In this document: in pieces, positions 39,503 through 48,919 of the stretch
Numbering within the stretch: position 1 is the first letter of the stretch
Layout: the number at the start of each line of letters is the position of its first letter
DNA from: Kiritimatiellia bacterium
GTDB lineage: Bacteria; Verrucomicrobiota; Kiritimatiellia; RFP12; UBA1067
NCBI GenBank assembly: GCA_050949565.1
Contig: JBMNFY010000011.1
Coordinates: forward strand, 1 to 64,000
Direction: 5' to 3'
DNA length: 64,000 nucleotides
The notes under the pieces: generated by a model
The model's input: the letters and a program-made list of their open reading frames with translations, nothing else
What the model was told of the DNA's origin: nothing
Databases searched by the model: none
Translations under genes and position numbers: made by a program

Positions 39503-39510
39503 CCCAAGCC

Positions 39511-40791
39511 ATGGCTATGAAAATTCTTGTTGTTGGTGGCGGCGGACGCGAGCATGCGATTGCGTGGCGGCTCGTGCGCGACACATCCCGCCCTGAGATT
39601 TTTTGCGCGCCGGGCAATGCCGGCACGGCATCTGATGCGTGCAACCTGCCGATCCAGGCCGATGATATCCCGGCCCTGCTGGCATGGGCACGAGAGCACC
39701 AACCGGACCTCACGGTGGTCGGCCCTGAAGCGCCGCTCTGCCTCGGCATTACCGACGCTTTCACCGCAGCCGGGCTGCGCGTCTTCGGCCCGCGCCAGGC
39801 CGCCGCGCAGATGGAGGGCAGCAAGCGTTTCGCCAAGGAGATCATGAACGCCGCTGGTGTGCCGACTGCCCGTGCGCTGGTCTTCGATGATGCCGAAGCC
39901 GCCGTGGCGGCACTCCCCTCTTTCTCCCTGCCGGTGGTGGTCAAAGCCGACGGTCTCGCCGCAGGCAAGGGCGTGGTGATCGCCCAAACCCATGATGAAG
40001 CGGCTGACGCAATCCGCTCGATGCTGGTGGACGCCGTCTTTGGCGCGGCTGGCGCAGAGATTCTGATTGAGGAGTTTCTGGAAGGCGAGGAGGCCTCGAT
40101 TCTCGCCCTGATCGATGGCGAGCACGCGGTGCTACTACCGCCATCGCAGGACCACAAGCGTGTCTTCAACGCCGATCAAGGCCCCAACACCGGCGGCATG
40201 GGAGCCTACTCGCCGGCGCCGGTGGTCACCCCCGATCTGTTACCGACCATCAAAGAGCGGATCATCCTGCCGGTCGTGCGCGAACTGCGCCAGCGCGGTA
40301 TCGTTTACAAGGGCGTGCTCTACGCCGGACTGATGATCGGCCCCAAGGGCATCTCCGTTCTGGAGTTCAACGCGCGTTTCGGCGATCCCGAGACCGAGGC
40401 CGTGCTGCCCCGTATCGGCGGCGACCTCATCCCCGCGCTCGAAGCCTGCATCGACGGCACGCTGACCGACGCGCATGTGCAGGTCCGCCCTGAAGCCGCA
40501 GCCACCGTGATCCTGGCCTCCGGCGGCTACCCTGGATCCTACCGTAAGGGTCTCCCCATCTCCGGACTCGATCAGGCCGCCGCTGCAGATGACGCCATCG
40601 TCTTCCACGCGGGCACCGCGTTGAAGGACGGCCAGATCGTTACCGCAGGCGGACGCGTACTCGCCGTCACCGCGCTGGGTGCCGATCTGCGTGCCGCCGT
40701 GGGTCGCGCTTATGAGGCTGCGGCCAAGATTCACTTTGATGGCGTACACTATCGCACGGATATCGCCCACCGCGCTTTTGACCGGGGATAA
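39511..40791 (+). CDS. purD: Phosphoribosylamine--glycine ligase
   Basis: GGGGREHA, APGNAG, GPEAPL, KADGLAAGKGV, QDHKR, GPNTGGMG, EFNARFGDPE. Confidence 0.98.
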   Translation: MAMKILVVGGGGREHAIAWRLVRDTSRPEIFCAPGNAGTASDACNLPIQADDIPALLAWAREHQPDLTVVGPEAPLCLGITDAFTAAGLRVFGPRQAAAQMEGSKRFAKEIMNAAGVPTARALVFDDAEAAVAALPSFSLPVVVKADGLAAGKGVVIAQTHDEAADAIRSMLVDAVFGAAGAEILIEEFLEGEEASILALIDGEHAVLLPPSQDHKRVFNADQGPNTGGMGAYSPAPVVTPDLLPTIKERIILPVVRELRQRGIVYKGVLYAGLMIGPKGISVLEFNARFGDPETEAVLPRIGGDLIPALEACIDGTLTDAHVQVRPEAAATVILASGGYPGSYRKGLPISGLDQAAAADDAIVFHAGTALKDGQIVTAGGRVLAVTALGADLRAAVGRAYEAAAKIHFDGVHYRTDIAHRAFDRG

Positions 40792-40798
40792 CAGACAA

Positions 40799-40936
40799 GA
40801 CCCTTGAAATAACCCTCGTGGCATGGGCGTCCATTCCATGTGAAACACGGGCAAGATGCCCGTGCCACGCGTGAAACACGGGCAAGATGCCCGTGCCACG
40901 TATGAAACACGGGCAAGATGCCCGTGCCACACCTGC
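40799..40936. repeat. Degenerate MITE-A with its 31-bp REP unit triplicated
   Basis: TGAAACACGGGCAAGATGCCCGTGCCAC at 40841, 40872 and 40903; right TIR absent. Confidence 0.85.
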
Positions 40937-40999
40937 AGCACTCAACTATCGACGCTCGGGAGGGATTCCCGAACGTTCTTTCAACAGGAGACCTCACAC

Positions 41000-41512
41000 A
41001 TGTCCACACCTCTCGTCGGTATCGTCATGGGCAGCGATTCGGATTGGCCGCTCGTGCAGAAGGCCGCAGACACCCTTAAAGCTTTTGATGTCGCATTTGA
41101 CGTGCGCGTCATCTCCGCACACCGCACACCGGAACTCGCCTCTGATTACGCGGCCAACGCCGAAGCGCGCGGCCTCAAGGTCATCATCGCGGCGGCCGGC
41201 GGTGCCGCCCACCTCGGCGGCGTGCTCGCCGCCCACACGGTCCTCCCGGTGATCGGCATTCCGGTCGCCGGCGGTGCGCTCAACGGTCTTGATGCGCTCT
41301 ACGCCACGCTCCAGATGCCGGCCGGTGTCCCGGTCGCCACCGTGACGCTCGGCAGCGCGGGCCCGGTCAACGCCGCCCTGCTCGCCGTCCAGATCCTCGG
41401 CACTGCCGATCCAGAGTTGCGCAAGAAATTCCGCGTCTACAAGGACGGCCTGAAGGACAAGGTCGCAGAAGGCAACGCCAAGGTGCAGGCGCAACTTGAA
41501 GCTAGGATTTAG
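41000..41512 (+). CDS. purE: N5-CAIR mutase
   Basis: IVMGSDSD, SAHRTP, AGGAAHL, PVIGIP, QMPAGVPVAT. Confidence 0.97.
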   Translation: MSTPLVGIVMGSDSDWPLVQKAADTLKAFDVAFDVRVISAHRTPELASDYAANAEARGLKVIIAAAGGAAHLGGVLAAHTVLPVIGIPVAGGALNGLDALYATLQMPAGVPVATVTLGSAGPVNAALLAVQILGTADPELRKKFRVYKDGLKDKVAEGNAKVQAQLEARI

Positions 41513-41599
41513 GATTTAGGATTTAGGAGTTGGGACAGGTCTGGGCTCGCGAAGCGCAATGAAACCCTGAGACCCTGAAACCCTGAAACCCTGAAACCA
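41503..41599. repeat. Short tandem repeats TAGGA(T/G)T x4 and TGA(A/G)ACC(C/A) x5
   Basis: Directly visible; the first run supplies the purE stop codon. Confidence 0.85.
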
Positions 41600-41622
41600 G
41601 CCTCCGCGCACGGCGCGGAGGC

Positions 41623-42744
41623 TCACAGCGCGGCGAGCAACTCGCGGATCGCCCGTTCGCGCGCCTCAATGGATTCGCACAGGCGGAACTGCACGCGGGC
41701 GCGGTTGAGATTCTGCTCCGGCTGGCGAATCTTGAAATAGACGCTGCCGGCCAGATAGTCTTGGAAGAAACGCAGCCCCAGTTCAAACGTGATCAACCGG
41801 ATCGCGTCGTACAGGTAGTGGCGGTCCGCCTCGGTCAGGAACGCGCGGGCGTGTTTCATGTAGCCCTTGCAGAACGCAGCGCAGAGGTCGAGGTCAAACA
41901 CCACCTTGCTGAGGTTCTGCTCCTCCTCGCCTGCTGGATTGCAGATTGAGCGCAGGGCGTCACCGAAGTCGTAGTGGATCAGGCCGGGACTCACGGTGTC
42001 GAGGTCGATCATCGCCGTACCCTTGCCGGTGAAATCATCGATCATGATATTGTTGACCTTGGGGTCGCCGTGCATCAGCCGTAGCGACAACTCGCCTCTC
42101 TGCAACGCATCCTGCAACGTACCGGCGAACCCGCGTCGATCTTCGATGAACTTCGCCATGCGGCGCGCCTCCATCGACGCATTAAGCCGCTTCTCGGCCA
42201 GCGGCTCGTTCTGGAGCGTTGCGTCATACTGCGCCATATAGTTGGGCGTGATGTGAAACCCCGGCAGCGGATCGATGATGTCTGCGGGATCCAGATCCGA
42301 GACCAGCCAGTGGAAATGCCCCAGCACGGCACCGCACTCCGCCGCATGCTCGGCATTCTGCGCCTCGTCGTAAGCGGTGGCCGACGCGATTTTCGTGATC
42401 ACGCGCCAGATGTCGCCGGTCTCGTCCACGAAATAATCTTCGCCGGTGCGCGTCTTGACGATACGCGGCATCTGCCAGACGCGATCTGTCCGGCCAGCCT
42501 CGGCCTCGGCCTCCAGTTTGGCGTGCACATGCGCCGTCAGCCGGTGCAGGTTGCGCATGATCACCTCGGGCTGCGGAAAGACCTTGCGGTTGACCCGCTG
42601 CAAGATCACCTGTTCCTCCGCAAAGGTGTTGCGGAAGATACCCAGAAAGGTATCGTTGACGTTCCCGCTGCCTGTCGGGTTGATGGTAACCAGCCGGCCC
42701 GATATCTCGAACTGGCGCATCATCAGAGACAATTCCATTCGCAT
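41623..42744 (-). CDS. Aminoglycoside-phosphotransferase-fold sugar kinase (N-acetylhexosamine 1-kinase-like); start 42744 or 42738
   Basis: GSGNVNDT, ILQRVN..VF, PGFH.T, HGDPK.NN, IDLDTV, YDFGD, RF..DYL.G..YF. Confidence 0.88.
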   Translation of the reverse strand: MRMELSLMMRQFEISGRLVTINPTGSGNVNDTFLGIFRNTFAEEQVILQRVNRKVFPQPEVIMRNLHRLTAHVHAKLEAEAEAGRTDRVWQMPRIVKTRTGEDYFVDETGDIWRVITKIASATAYDEAQNAEHAAECGAVLGHFHWLVSDLDPADIIDPLPGFHITPNYMAQYDATLQNEPLAEKRLNASMEARRMAKFIEDRRGFAGTLQDALQRGELSLRLMHGDPKVNNIMIDDFTGKGTAMIDLDTVSPGLIHYDFGDALRSICNPAGEEEQNLSKVVFDLDLCAAFCKGYMKHARAFLTEADRHYLYDAIRLITFELGLRFFQDYLAGSVYFKIRQPEQNLNRARVQFRLCESIEARERAIRELLAAL

Positions 42745-42839
42745 CACTTCCTTGTTGTCACGTAATGACAGGCATTTTTCATGGTTTACGCACAAAACGC
42801 AACCCCAAAAAACCAGGGGCGGGGTTTTGCTTCCGGACT

Positions 42840-45428
42840 TTATTGCGGTGTTCCGCTCATGCGGACGGGGATGATGTCCCCCTTGTCGTTGAAGTACATG
42901 CGGTCGAGGCAAACCACACGGTGGTGCGCAGACAGCGATGGTATAGGACGGCGATGGTAACAAATGTACCAATCGTCGGTACCGGGAATGTTGATCACGG
43001 AATGATGTCCCGCGCCAGTTGCCAAAGGGCGCTGTGAGTCGAGTATCCGTCCCTTGAATTCAAAAGGACCAAAAGGTGAAGACGACACGCTGTAGTTGAC
43101 GCAATAGGAATCCTTTGTCCAGCTACCACTCGAATACATGAAGTACCAGACGCCTTTCCTCTCGAACATCACGGAGCCCTCGACATAATCTTGCGGGGTG
43201 ATGTCACGCCAAATCCTCCCGTCATCAAGCGGCTGCAACGACTTGAAATCCGGTGCCAGCTTGACGAGATTGCAGCGGCCCCATCCTCCATAGATCATGT
43301 ACCACTCGCCTTCGTAGCAAAAGACATACTGGTCGATCGGCTGAGCACCATTCCAGAAACGATCGATGAGAGGCTTGCCGATCAAATCGCGGTACGGCCC
43401 CTCCGGACGATCCGCAACCGCCACGCCGATACCACCGTACTTGCTGATGCCCGGCTCCGGTTGCGGCTCACCGTCCTCGCGCCGGCCGCCGACAGGGTAA
43501 GCGTCGTTTGCGCCAAAGAAGAGATAGTACTTGCCGTCCTTCTCGTGGGCGTCGGGTGCCCACAGGCAGCCCCGCGCCCAAGTGACCTCATTCGTCGTCA
43601 AAATCCGCGCGTGCTTCGTCCAGACCTTCAGGTCCGGCGATGAGAATGCATCCATCGCAACCTGCTGCTCGAACGGGAGCGACATCGTCGGGAAAATCCA
43701 ATAGGTTTTTCCGTATCGCCGGATCTGCGGATCGGCATACCATCCGGGCAGAATCGGATTTCCTCCTGTCTCAAAGGTCTGCTTGTCACCCTCGATGTCG
43801 CCACGTTTCTTCCCCGTCACATACTCCCTGCATGCCCAGTAGGCAGGCTTTGGCGAAAAGTCTTTGTGGACGATGCCAAAGTGGTGTTCGCTATAGTACG
43901 GGTCTTTTTCGACCGCGAGAAATTCATAGATGAAGTACCTTTCAACACCATTCGCGAAGGCGGACTTTATCGCATCGACCGTATACTTCGCTTGCTGGGA
44001 TTCGTCACTCGTGCCGACTGATCGCCCACGGCTGGACACGATCACACGGCCCTTCATGTCGCTGCCGAAGAGATACGCCGCCGCGCCGACGGCGGGTCCG
44101 CCACTCTTGTCCTTGCCGACCAGCAGCGGAACCATCTGATCACCGGGCTGGAGCAGACGTGCAGAGAAAAACCGATCCGCAGAAAGTCCAGCCGGATCGC
44201 ATTTCAACCCTACGGTGCTCGCCTCTTCCGACGGGAACGTCTTCGTTGACTGCGGCATTGCCTTGTTGTCCCACCATGCCTCGACACCAATGCGCAAACG
44301 GTTGCGCGCGGCAGCCCCTTCCCTTGCGCCGTGTGCTGAGGAACCGGCATACTGGCCGCCGCGCATCGGATAGTAAAGCGGGTAACCCCCGAAGAGAACG
44401 AGCGTTCCGCCTTTTTTCACAAAGTCAACGACCGCATCAATCGTGTCGTCAGGATACCGTTCACCGAACGGGAAGACGACCAGATCAATCTCCCCACGAG
44501 GAAGGCGAGCGTTGAGTTCCTCAGCCGAACACACGGTACACGTCGAGCCGACAGGCAATATCTCCTGCAACGAACGCGCGAACTCAGCAGCGGTGGCTCC
44601 GGGTATGCCCAGGTCAACATACACCGCGCGCCAAGCCTTCTGGTCTGGTCTTGCGATTTTGAGCCCCGCCTTAAGGACCGGCGTTTCCGGCACCCTTGCC
44701 CTGTGTGTCGGCCAGCCCATTTCCGTAATCCAAATCGGACGGTCGGCAATACCGTTCCGCGCCATCATCTGCTTCAAGTTCTTAAGGTCCTCCGTCAACC
44801 CCGGTTCCGGCGGATTCGGGTGACGGTAGGGATGGACATTGACAATGTCAAAGGCGTCCTTCGCACCCGCTTTGATGGCCGCCTCAATGAAATCGTACGC
44901 ACACCCCGCCGTGCCGCCGAAGGCGACCAGAACAGTCGGATCGACGGCCTTTACCTCCTCATACGCCACCTTCAACACCTCGGCGTACTTTTCAGGATTC
45001 GGATCCTTCCAGAAGGCACTGATGTTGGCCTCGTTCCAGATCTCGACCACGGGGATCCGCCCTTTGAAATGCCGCGCCGACTCACGGATAAATGCGCGCC
45101 ATTCCGTGAGATGCTCATTCACCGGCTGCGCCCACCCCGGAACGCCATGAAAAATCGGCAATACCTTGATGCCGTATTTCGCCGCGTCATCAACGACTTG
45201 ATCATACCGCGAGAAATCAAATGGACCATTCTTGGCTTTCTGGCAGTGATGCCAATCGAAGTCGCTGCGGACGTAATCGAAGCCCGCATCCTGCATCATT
45301 TCGTAGGTACGGATACGGTTGTTGAACTCATCCCGCGTCACATGCGCGCAGACGCCGACACGCCCGTCTGCCTGCGCCATGATCGCCGCCGCCACCAACA
45401 ACGGAGCAATAACTTTGATGTTCATCAT
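42840..45428 (-). CDS. Secreted two-catalytic-domain glycosidase: clan-A (GH39/GH5-like) barrel + GH43
   Basis: EIWNEAN, NVHPY, WITEMGW; then NPILPGWYADP, WAPD, PIDQ, VEG, GHHS. Confidence 0.88.
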   Translation of the reverse strand: MMNIKVIAPLLVAAAIMAQADGRVGVCAHVTRDEFNNRIRTYEMMQDAGFDYVRSDFDWHHCQKAKNGPFDFSRYDQVVDDAAKYGIKVLPIFHGVPGWAQPVNEHLTEWRAFIRESARHFKGRIPVVEIWNEANISAFWKDPNPEKYAEVLKVAYEEVKAVDPTVLVAFGGTAGCAYDFIEAAIKAGAKDAFDIVNVHPYRHPNPPEPGLTEDLKNLKQMMARNGIADRPIWITEMGWPTHRARVPETPVLKAGLKIARPDQKAWRAVYVDLGIPGATAAEFARSLQEILPVGSTCTVCSAEELNARLPRGEIDLVVFPFGERYPDDTIDAVVDFVKKGGTLVLFGGYPLYYPMRGGQYAGSSAHGAREGAAARNRLRIGVEAWWDNKAMPQSTKTFPSEEASTVGLKCDPAGLSADRFFSARLLQPGDQMVPLLVGKDKSGGPAVGAAAYLFGSDMKGRVIVSSRGRSVGTSDESQQAKYTVDAIKSAFANGVERYFIYEFLAVEKDPYYSEHHFGIVHKDFSPKPAYWACREYVTGKKRGDIEGDKQTFETGGNPILPGWYADPQIRRYGKTYWIFPTMSLPFEQQVAMDAFSSPDLKVWTKHARILTTNEVTWARGCLWAPDAHEKDGKYYLFFGANDAYPVGGRREDGEPQPEPGISKYGGIGVAVADRPEGPYRDLIGKPLIDRFWNGAQPIDQYVFCYEGEWYMIYGGWGRCNLVKLAPDFKSLQPLDDGRIWRDITPQDYVEGSVMFERKGVWYFMYSSGSWTKDSYCVNYSVSSSPFGPFEFKGRILDSQRPLATGAGHHSVINIPGTDDWYICYHRRPIPSLSAHHRVVCLDRMYFNDKGDIIPVRMSGTPQ

Positions 45429-45568
45429 CGTTTCTTCAATCGCAATAGAGTAAGTGAATAAAGATCCGCCAGCCAGCGACCGACGGGAGTACGCTTTTTT
45501 CAGGTACCGAATGAAGTTCATTTTGGCATGCAGGCAGAATCTCGGCAAGGACAAACAAAACAGCGCGC

Positions 45569-45597
45569 TTGTTTGGGTGGCGCGGACCCTGTATAAT
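45569..45597 (+). promoter_or_regulatory. Promoter immediately before der
   Basis: TTGTTT-17 nt-TATAAT, 8 nt before ATG. Confidence 0.6.
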
Positions 45598-45605
45598 CAG
45601 GGCGC

Positions 45606-47123
45606 ATGATTCCCCAACAGACAGAGACGGCAAAAGACCGGGTGATTGTGATTGTCGGACGCCCCAACGTCGGCAAATCCGCCATCTTCAACCGCATCGC
45701 GGGACGCCGGATCGCGATCGTGCACGACGAGAGCGGCGTGACCCGCGACCGGTTGGTGCGCGAGGTGGAGTGGGACGATGAGCGCTTTCAACTGGTGGAC
45801 ACCGGCGGCGTGGTGATGCTCGATGCCGAAGGCCGCAAGAACACCATTGAGTCCGGCATCCGCGCCCAAGTGGACGCAGCGCTTGATGATGCCGCCGTGG
45901 CGATCTTGGTGGTAGACGTGCAACAGGGCGTGCATCCGTTGGACGAAGAGGTCGCCAGCATCATCCGCAAGCGCGGTGTGCCCTGTGTGGTCGCGGTCAA
46001 CAAGTGCGACCAGCCGCAGCATGAGCCTGGCGCCGCCGAGTTTGCACGTCTCGGATTCCCCCTCTTTCCCGTGGCGGCCCAGCACAACCGCGGCATGGGT
46101 GACCTGATGGATGCGGTGTTGCCCCACCTGCCGGAAGTCGCCAACGAGACGGAGGAAAAACCGCTGCGCGTCGCGATCGTTGGACGCCCCAACGCCGGCA
46201 AGTCCTCGTACATCAACCGACTGCTGCGCGAGGATCGCGTGATCGTCTCCGATGTCGCCGGCACCACGCGCGATTCGATCGACGTTCCCTTCACGATCGG
46301 CAGCGGCGATCAGGCGCGCCACTATGTTTTGGTAGACACGGCCGGCATGCGCAACAGGCACCGCGTCGACAGTGCGGTAGAACGTTTCAGCCTGTTCCGC
46401 GCCGAGGAGAGCATCAAAGACGCCGACGTCGTGGTGCTGGTGCTTGATCCAGAACTGGGCCCCACCGTGCAGGACAAACATATCGCGTCCTTGATCCAGA
46501 AAAACAAAAAGGGCTGCGTGCTGATGATGAACAAGTGGGACCTTGCTCAGGAGAAAGGGATGACGCAGACCCAGACCGAGCCGGTACTGCGCGCGATCAT
46601 GCCGTTCATGAATTACGTGCCACTGGTGTTCGTCTCGGCCAAGACCGGCTACAACATACGCCGCAGCATTGAGGTCATCGACGCCGTAGCCACCCAGACG
46701 CGAACTAAGCTACCGACGGGCATGCTGAACCGCACACTGGTTGAAGCGACGCGCCGGGTGGTTGCTCCCTTGCGCGGCGGCAAGCGCCTGCGCGTCTACT
46801 ACGCGGTGCAACTCGGCGTGGCGCCCATCACGATCCGCATGTTCGTAAACGACCCCAAGATCGCGACCAGGCCCTACACCGATTTCATGATACGCGCGCT
46901 ACGCGAGCGCTTCGGTCTCGAAGGCGCGCCGGTCGAAATCCTCTACCGTGCGCGTTCGCGTCCCGAACTCAGTGCAAGTGCGGGCGCGGCAGCGGACGCA
47001 TCGGTAGTTGGAGACCCAGACGCCGAGACCAAGACAGTGAACCGCCCTACCCGACCGCCCCGCCGCAAAGCCAAAGCACGGTCTCCCAAGAAATCGCCGC
47101 CCCGCCGTACGAAATCCCGTTAA
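45606..47123 (+). CDS. der: Ribosome biogenesis double GTPase Der (EngA)
   Basis: GRPNVGKS/GRPNAGKS, TRD twice, DTGG/DTAG, NKCD/NKWD. Confidence 0.98.
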   Translation: MIPQQTETAKDRVIVIVGRPNVGKSAIFNRIAGRRIAIVHDESGVTRDRLVREVEWDDERFQLVDTGGVVMLDAEGRKNTIESGIRAQVDAALDDAAVAILVVDVQQGVHPLDEEVASIIRKRGVPCVVAVNKCDQPQHEPGAAEFARLGFPLFPVAAQHNRGMGDLMDAVLPHLPEVANETEEKPLRVAIVGRPNAGKSSYINRLLREDRVIVSDVAGTTRDSIDVPFTIGSGDQARHYVLVDTAGMRNRHRVDSAVERFSLFRAEESIKDADVVVLVLDPELGPTVQDKHIASLIQKNKKGCVLMMNKWDLAQEKGMTQTQTEPVLRAIMPFMNYVPLVFVSAKTGYNIRRSIEVIDAVATQTRTKLPTGMLNRTLVEATRRVVAPLRGGKRLRVYYAVQLGVAPITIRMFVNDPKIATRPYTDFMIRALRERFGLEGAPVEILYRARSRPELSASAGAAADASVVGDPDAETKTVNRPTRPPRRKAKARSPKKSPPRRTKSR

Positions 47124-47170
47124 CCTCCGCATGAGTGCCCGACATGTATGGTAAAAAAACAGGTTGTTTG

Positions 47171-47471
47171 TTTAACGCAGAGGTGCAGAGACGCAGAGGT
47201 TTTTTGGGGAGCCCTGATCGGGTGTTTCACGCGAAGGCGCGAAGACGCGAAGGATTGGAGGGCGAGTGTCCTCACGAGCCGCCTTCCGCTACGCGGAAGG
47301 ATGGTCTCAAACTTCCTCGCAGAGCACCGGGAGGGACGAGCGTCGCTCGTCCGCGGGCAAGCAGACGCTTGCCCCTCCCAGCGCTTCGCAAGCCGATGAC
47401 AAGTGCTGGAGGGTGACATCTGGATGGCGCGATAAAAATAGAAACCTTTGTGTCCTTGCCTTTGTGTGAGA
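47171..47471. repeat. Mosaic of periodic triplets and REP hairpins
   Basis: AACGCAGAGGTGCAGAGACGCAGAG, CGCGAAG(G/A) x3, REP pair at 47329-47379 matching 3497-3548. Confidence 0.8.
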
Positions 47472-47507
47472 TTGACTTGATTCGCGGGCTCCGCCCGCAC
47501 TAGTTGT

Positions 47508-48914
47508 ATGTACCGAAAAATTTCCGTTCAATGGTGGCGTTTCTGGATGGCCGGTGAAGGGCTCTCGGTCAAGACCGGCCGCGCGTTATTGCTCTGTGCC
47601 CTGACCGGCCTCATAGCCGGGTTGGCGGCATCGGGATTCTATTGGTTGCTGGAGAGCGCCCGCTACTATCTGATGGAAGGGCTGGCGCACTACACGCCGC
47701 CGCTTGCAGCAGGTGAAACGGCGATCTATCCGACCGTGCATCACACGGAACGACTGCGCTGGGTGCTACTGGTACTGCCAGCCTTAGGTGCCATGGCAGG
47801 CGCGCTGCTCGTCAAGTTCTTCGCGCCATCCGCTGGCGGACACGGTACCGACGCCGCGATCAACGCCTACCACCGCAACGAAGGACGGATTCCTTTTGCC
47901 GTGATTCCAGTCAAGGCGGTTGCCTCGGCACTGGTGATCGGTTCGGGGGGTTCCGCTGGTTGCGAGGGGCCAGTCACACAAATCGGTGCGGGTTGCGGCT
48001 CGGCCTTGGCCAGTCTGCTCAAACTCGACGCTGCCGAGCGTCGCGTCCTGATGGCGGCTGGTCTGGCTGCGGGCGTGGGCGCGATTTTCCGCGCACCGCT
48101 GGCGGGCGCGATTTTCGCGGCGGAGATTTTCTACAGCGGCCTCGACATCGAGTACGAAATCTTGATGCCTTCGCTGGTAGCATCGACTGTCGCCTACACG
48201 GTCTTCGCGCTTTTCTTCGGCTGGCACCCGCTCTTCGTCATGCCGGATTACACCTTTGCCGATCCGCGTAAACTGCTACCGTACCTCTTTCTCGCATTGG
48301 TGGTTGCCCTTGGCGCGAAGTTCTATATCTTGGTTTTCCGGCAGTTTGAATCCGCAAGCCGCACCTGGCGCGTGCCAACATGGGTCAAGCCCGGGATCGG
48401 TGGCTTGCTGACCGGTCTGATCGGCTTCTTCCTGCCTCAGGTTCTGGGCTCTGGCTACGGCATCATCCAGCAGACGCTCGTGGTCGACAGTCCGCTTGCC
48501 GAACGTTTCGGAGGACTCTCGCTAGCAATGCTTCTCCTGATCTTTTTCGGCAAGGTTTTCGCGACCGCATTCACGGTCGCCAGCGGCGGAAGCGGCGGCG
48601 TATTCGGTCCGGCGCTGGTCTCGGGCGCGGCGCTCGGAGCGGCCACCGGCTTAGCGCTGACGCGCCTCTTCCCCGGTCTCGAACTCCATCCCGGCGCCTT
48701 CGCGCTGGTCGGCATGGCCGGCTTTCTGGCCGCCTCGGTGCGTGTGCCGATCGCAGCGATCATCATGGTCAGCGAGATCACCGGCAATCACAACCTGCTG
48801 CTGCCCAGTATGTGGGTATGCGGCGTATCCTACTGGCTCAGCAACGGCTGGACCATCTACCGCAGCCAAGTGCGCACCCGCGACTGCTCCCCCGCACACA
48901 TGCGCGGAGGATAA
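47508..48914 (+). CDS. ClC family chloride channel/antiporter (no CBS domains)
   Basis: GHGTD, GGSAGCEGP..QIG, FRAPLAGA.FA.E, GGSGGVFGP, P....IMVSE.TG. Confidence 0.93.
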   Translation: MYRKISVQWWRFWMAGEGLSVKTGRALLLCALTGLIAGLAASGFYWLLESARYYLMEGLAHYTPPLAAGETAIYPTVHHTERLRWVLLVLPALGAMAGALLVKFFAPSAGGHGTDAAINAYHRNEGRIPFAVIPVKAVASALVIGSGGSAGCEGPVTQIGAGCGSALASLLKLDAAERRVLMAAGLAAGVGAIFRAPLAGAIFAAEIFYSGLDIEYEILMPSLVASTVAYTVFALFFGWHPLFVMPDYTFADPRKLLPYLFLALVVALGAKFYILVFRQFESASRTWRVPTWVKPGIGGLLTGLIGFFLPQVLGSGYGIIQQTLVVDSPLAERFGGLSLAMLLLIFFGKVFATAFTVASGGSGGVFGPALVSGAALGAATGLALTRLFPGLELHPGAFALVGMAGFLAASVRVPIAAIIMVSEITGNHNLLLPSMWVCGVSYWLSNGWTIYRSQVRTRDCSPAHMRGG

Positions 48915-48919
48915 ATTAA

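Noticed and set aside
40841-40930. 31-bp tandem palindromic repeats as a CRISPR array
   Set aside because: Only 3-nt linkers, no unique spacers, no cas genes; same unit as the MITE-A hairpin
47835-47975. ClC filter variants GHGTD and GCEGP as novel selectivity
   Set aside because: GHGT-type ClCs are a familiar subgroup and the gating Glu is intact
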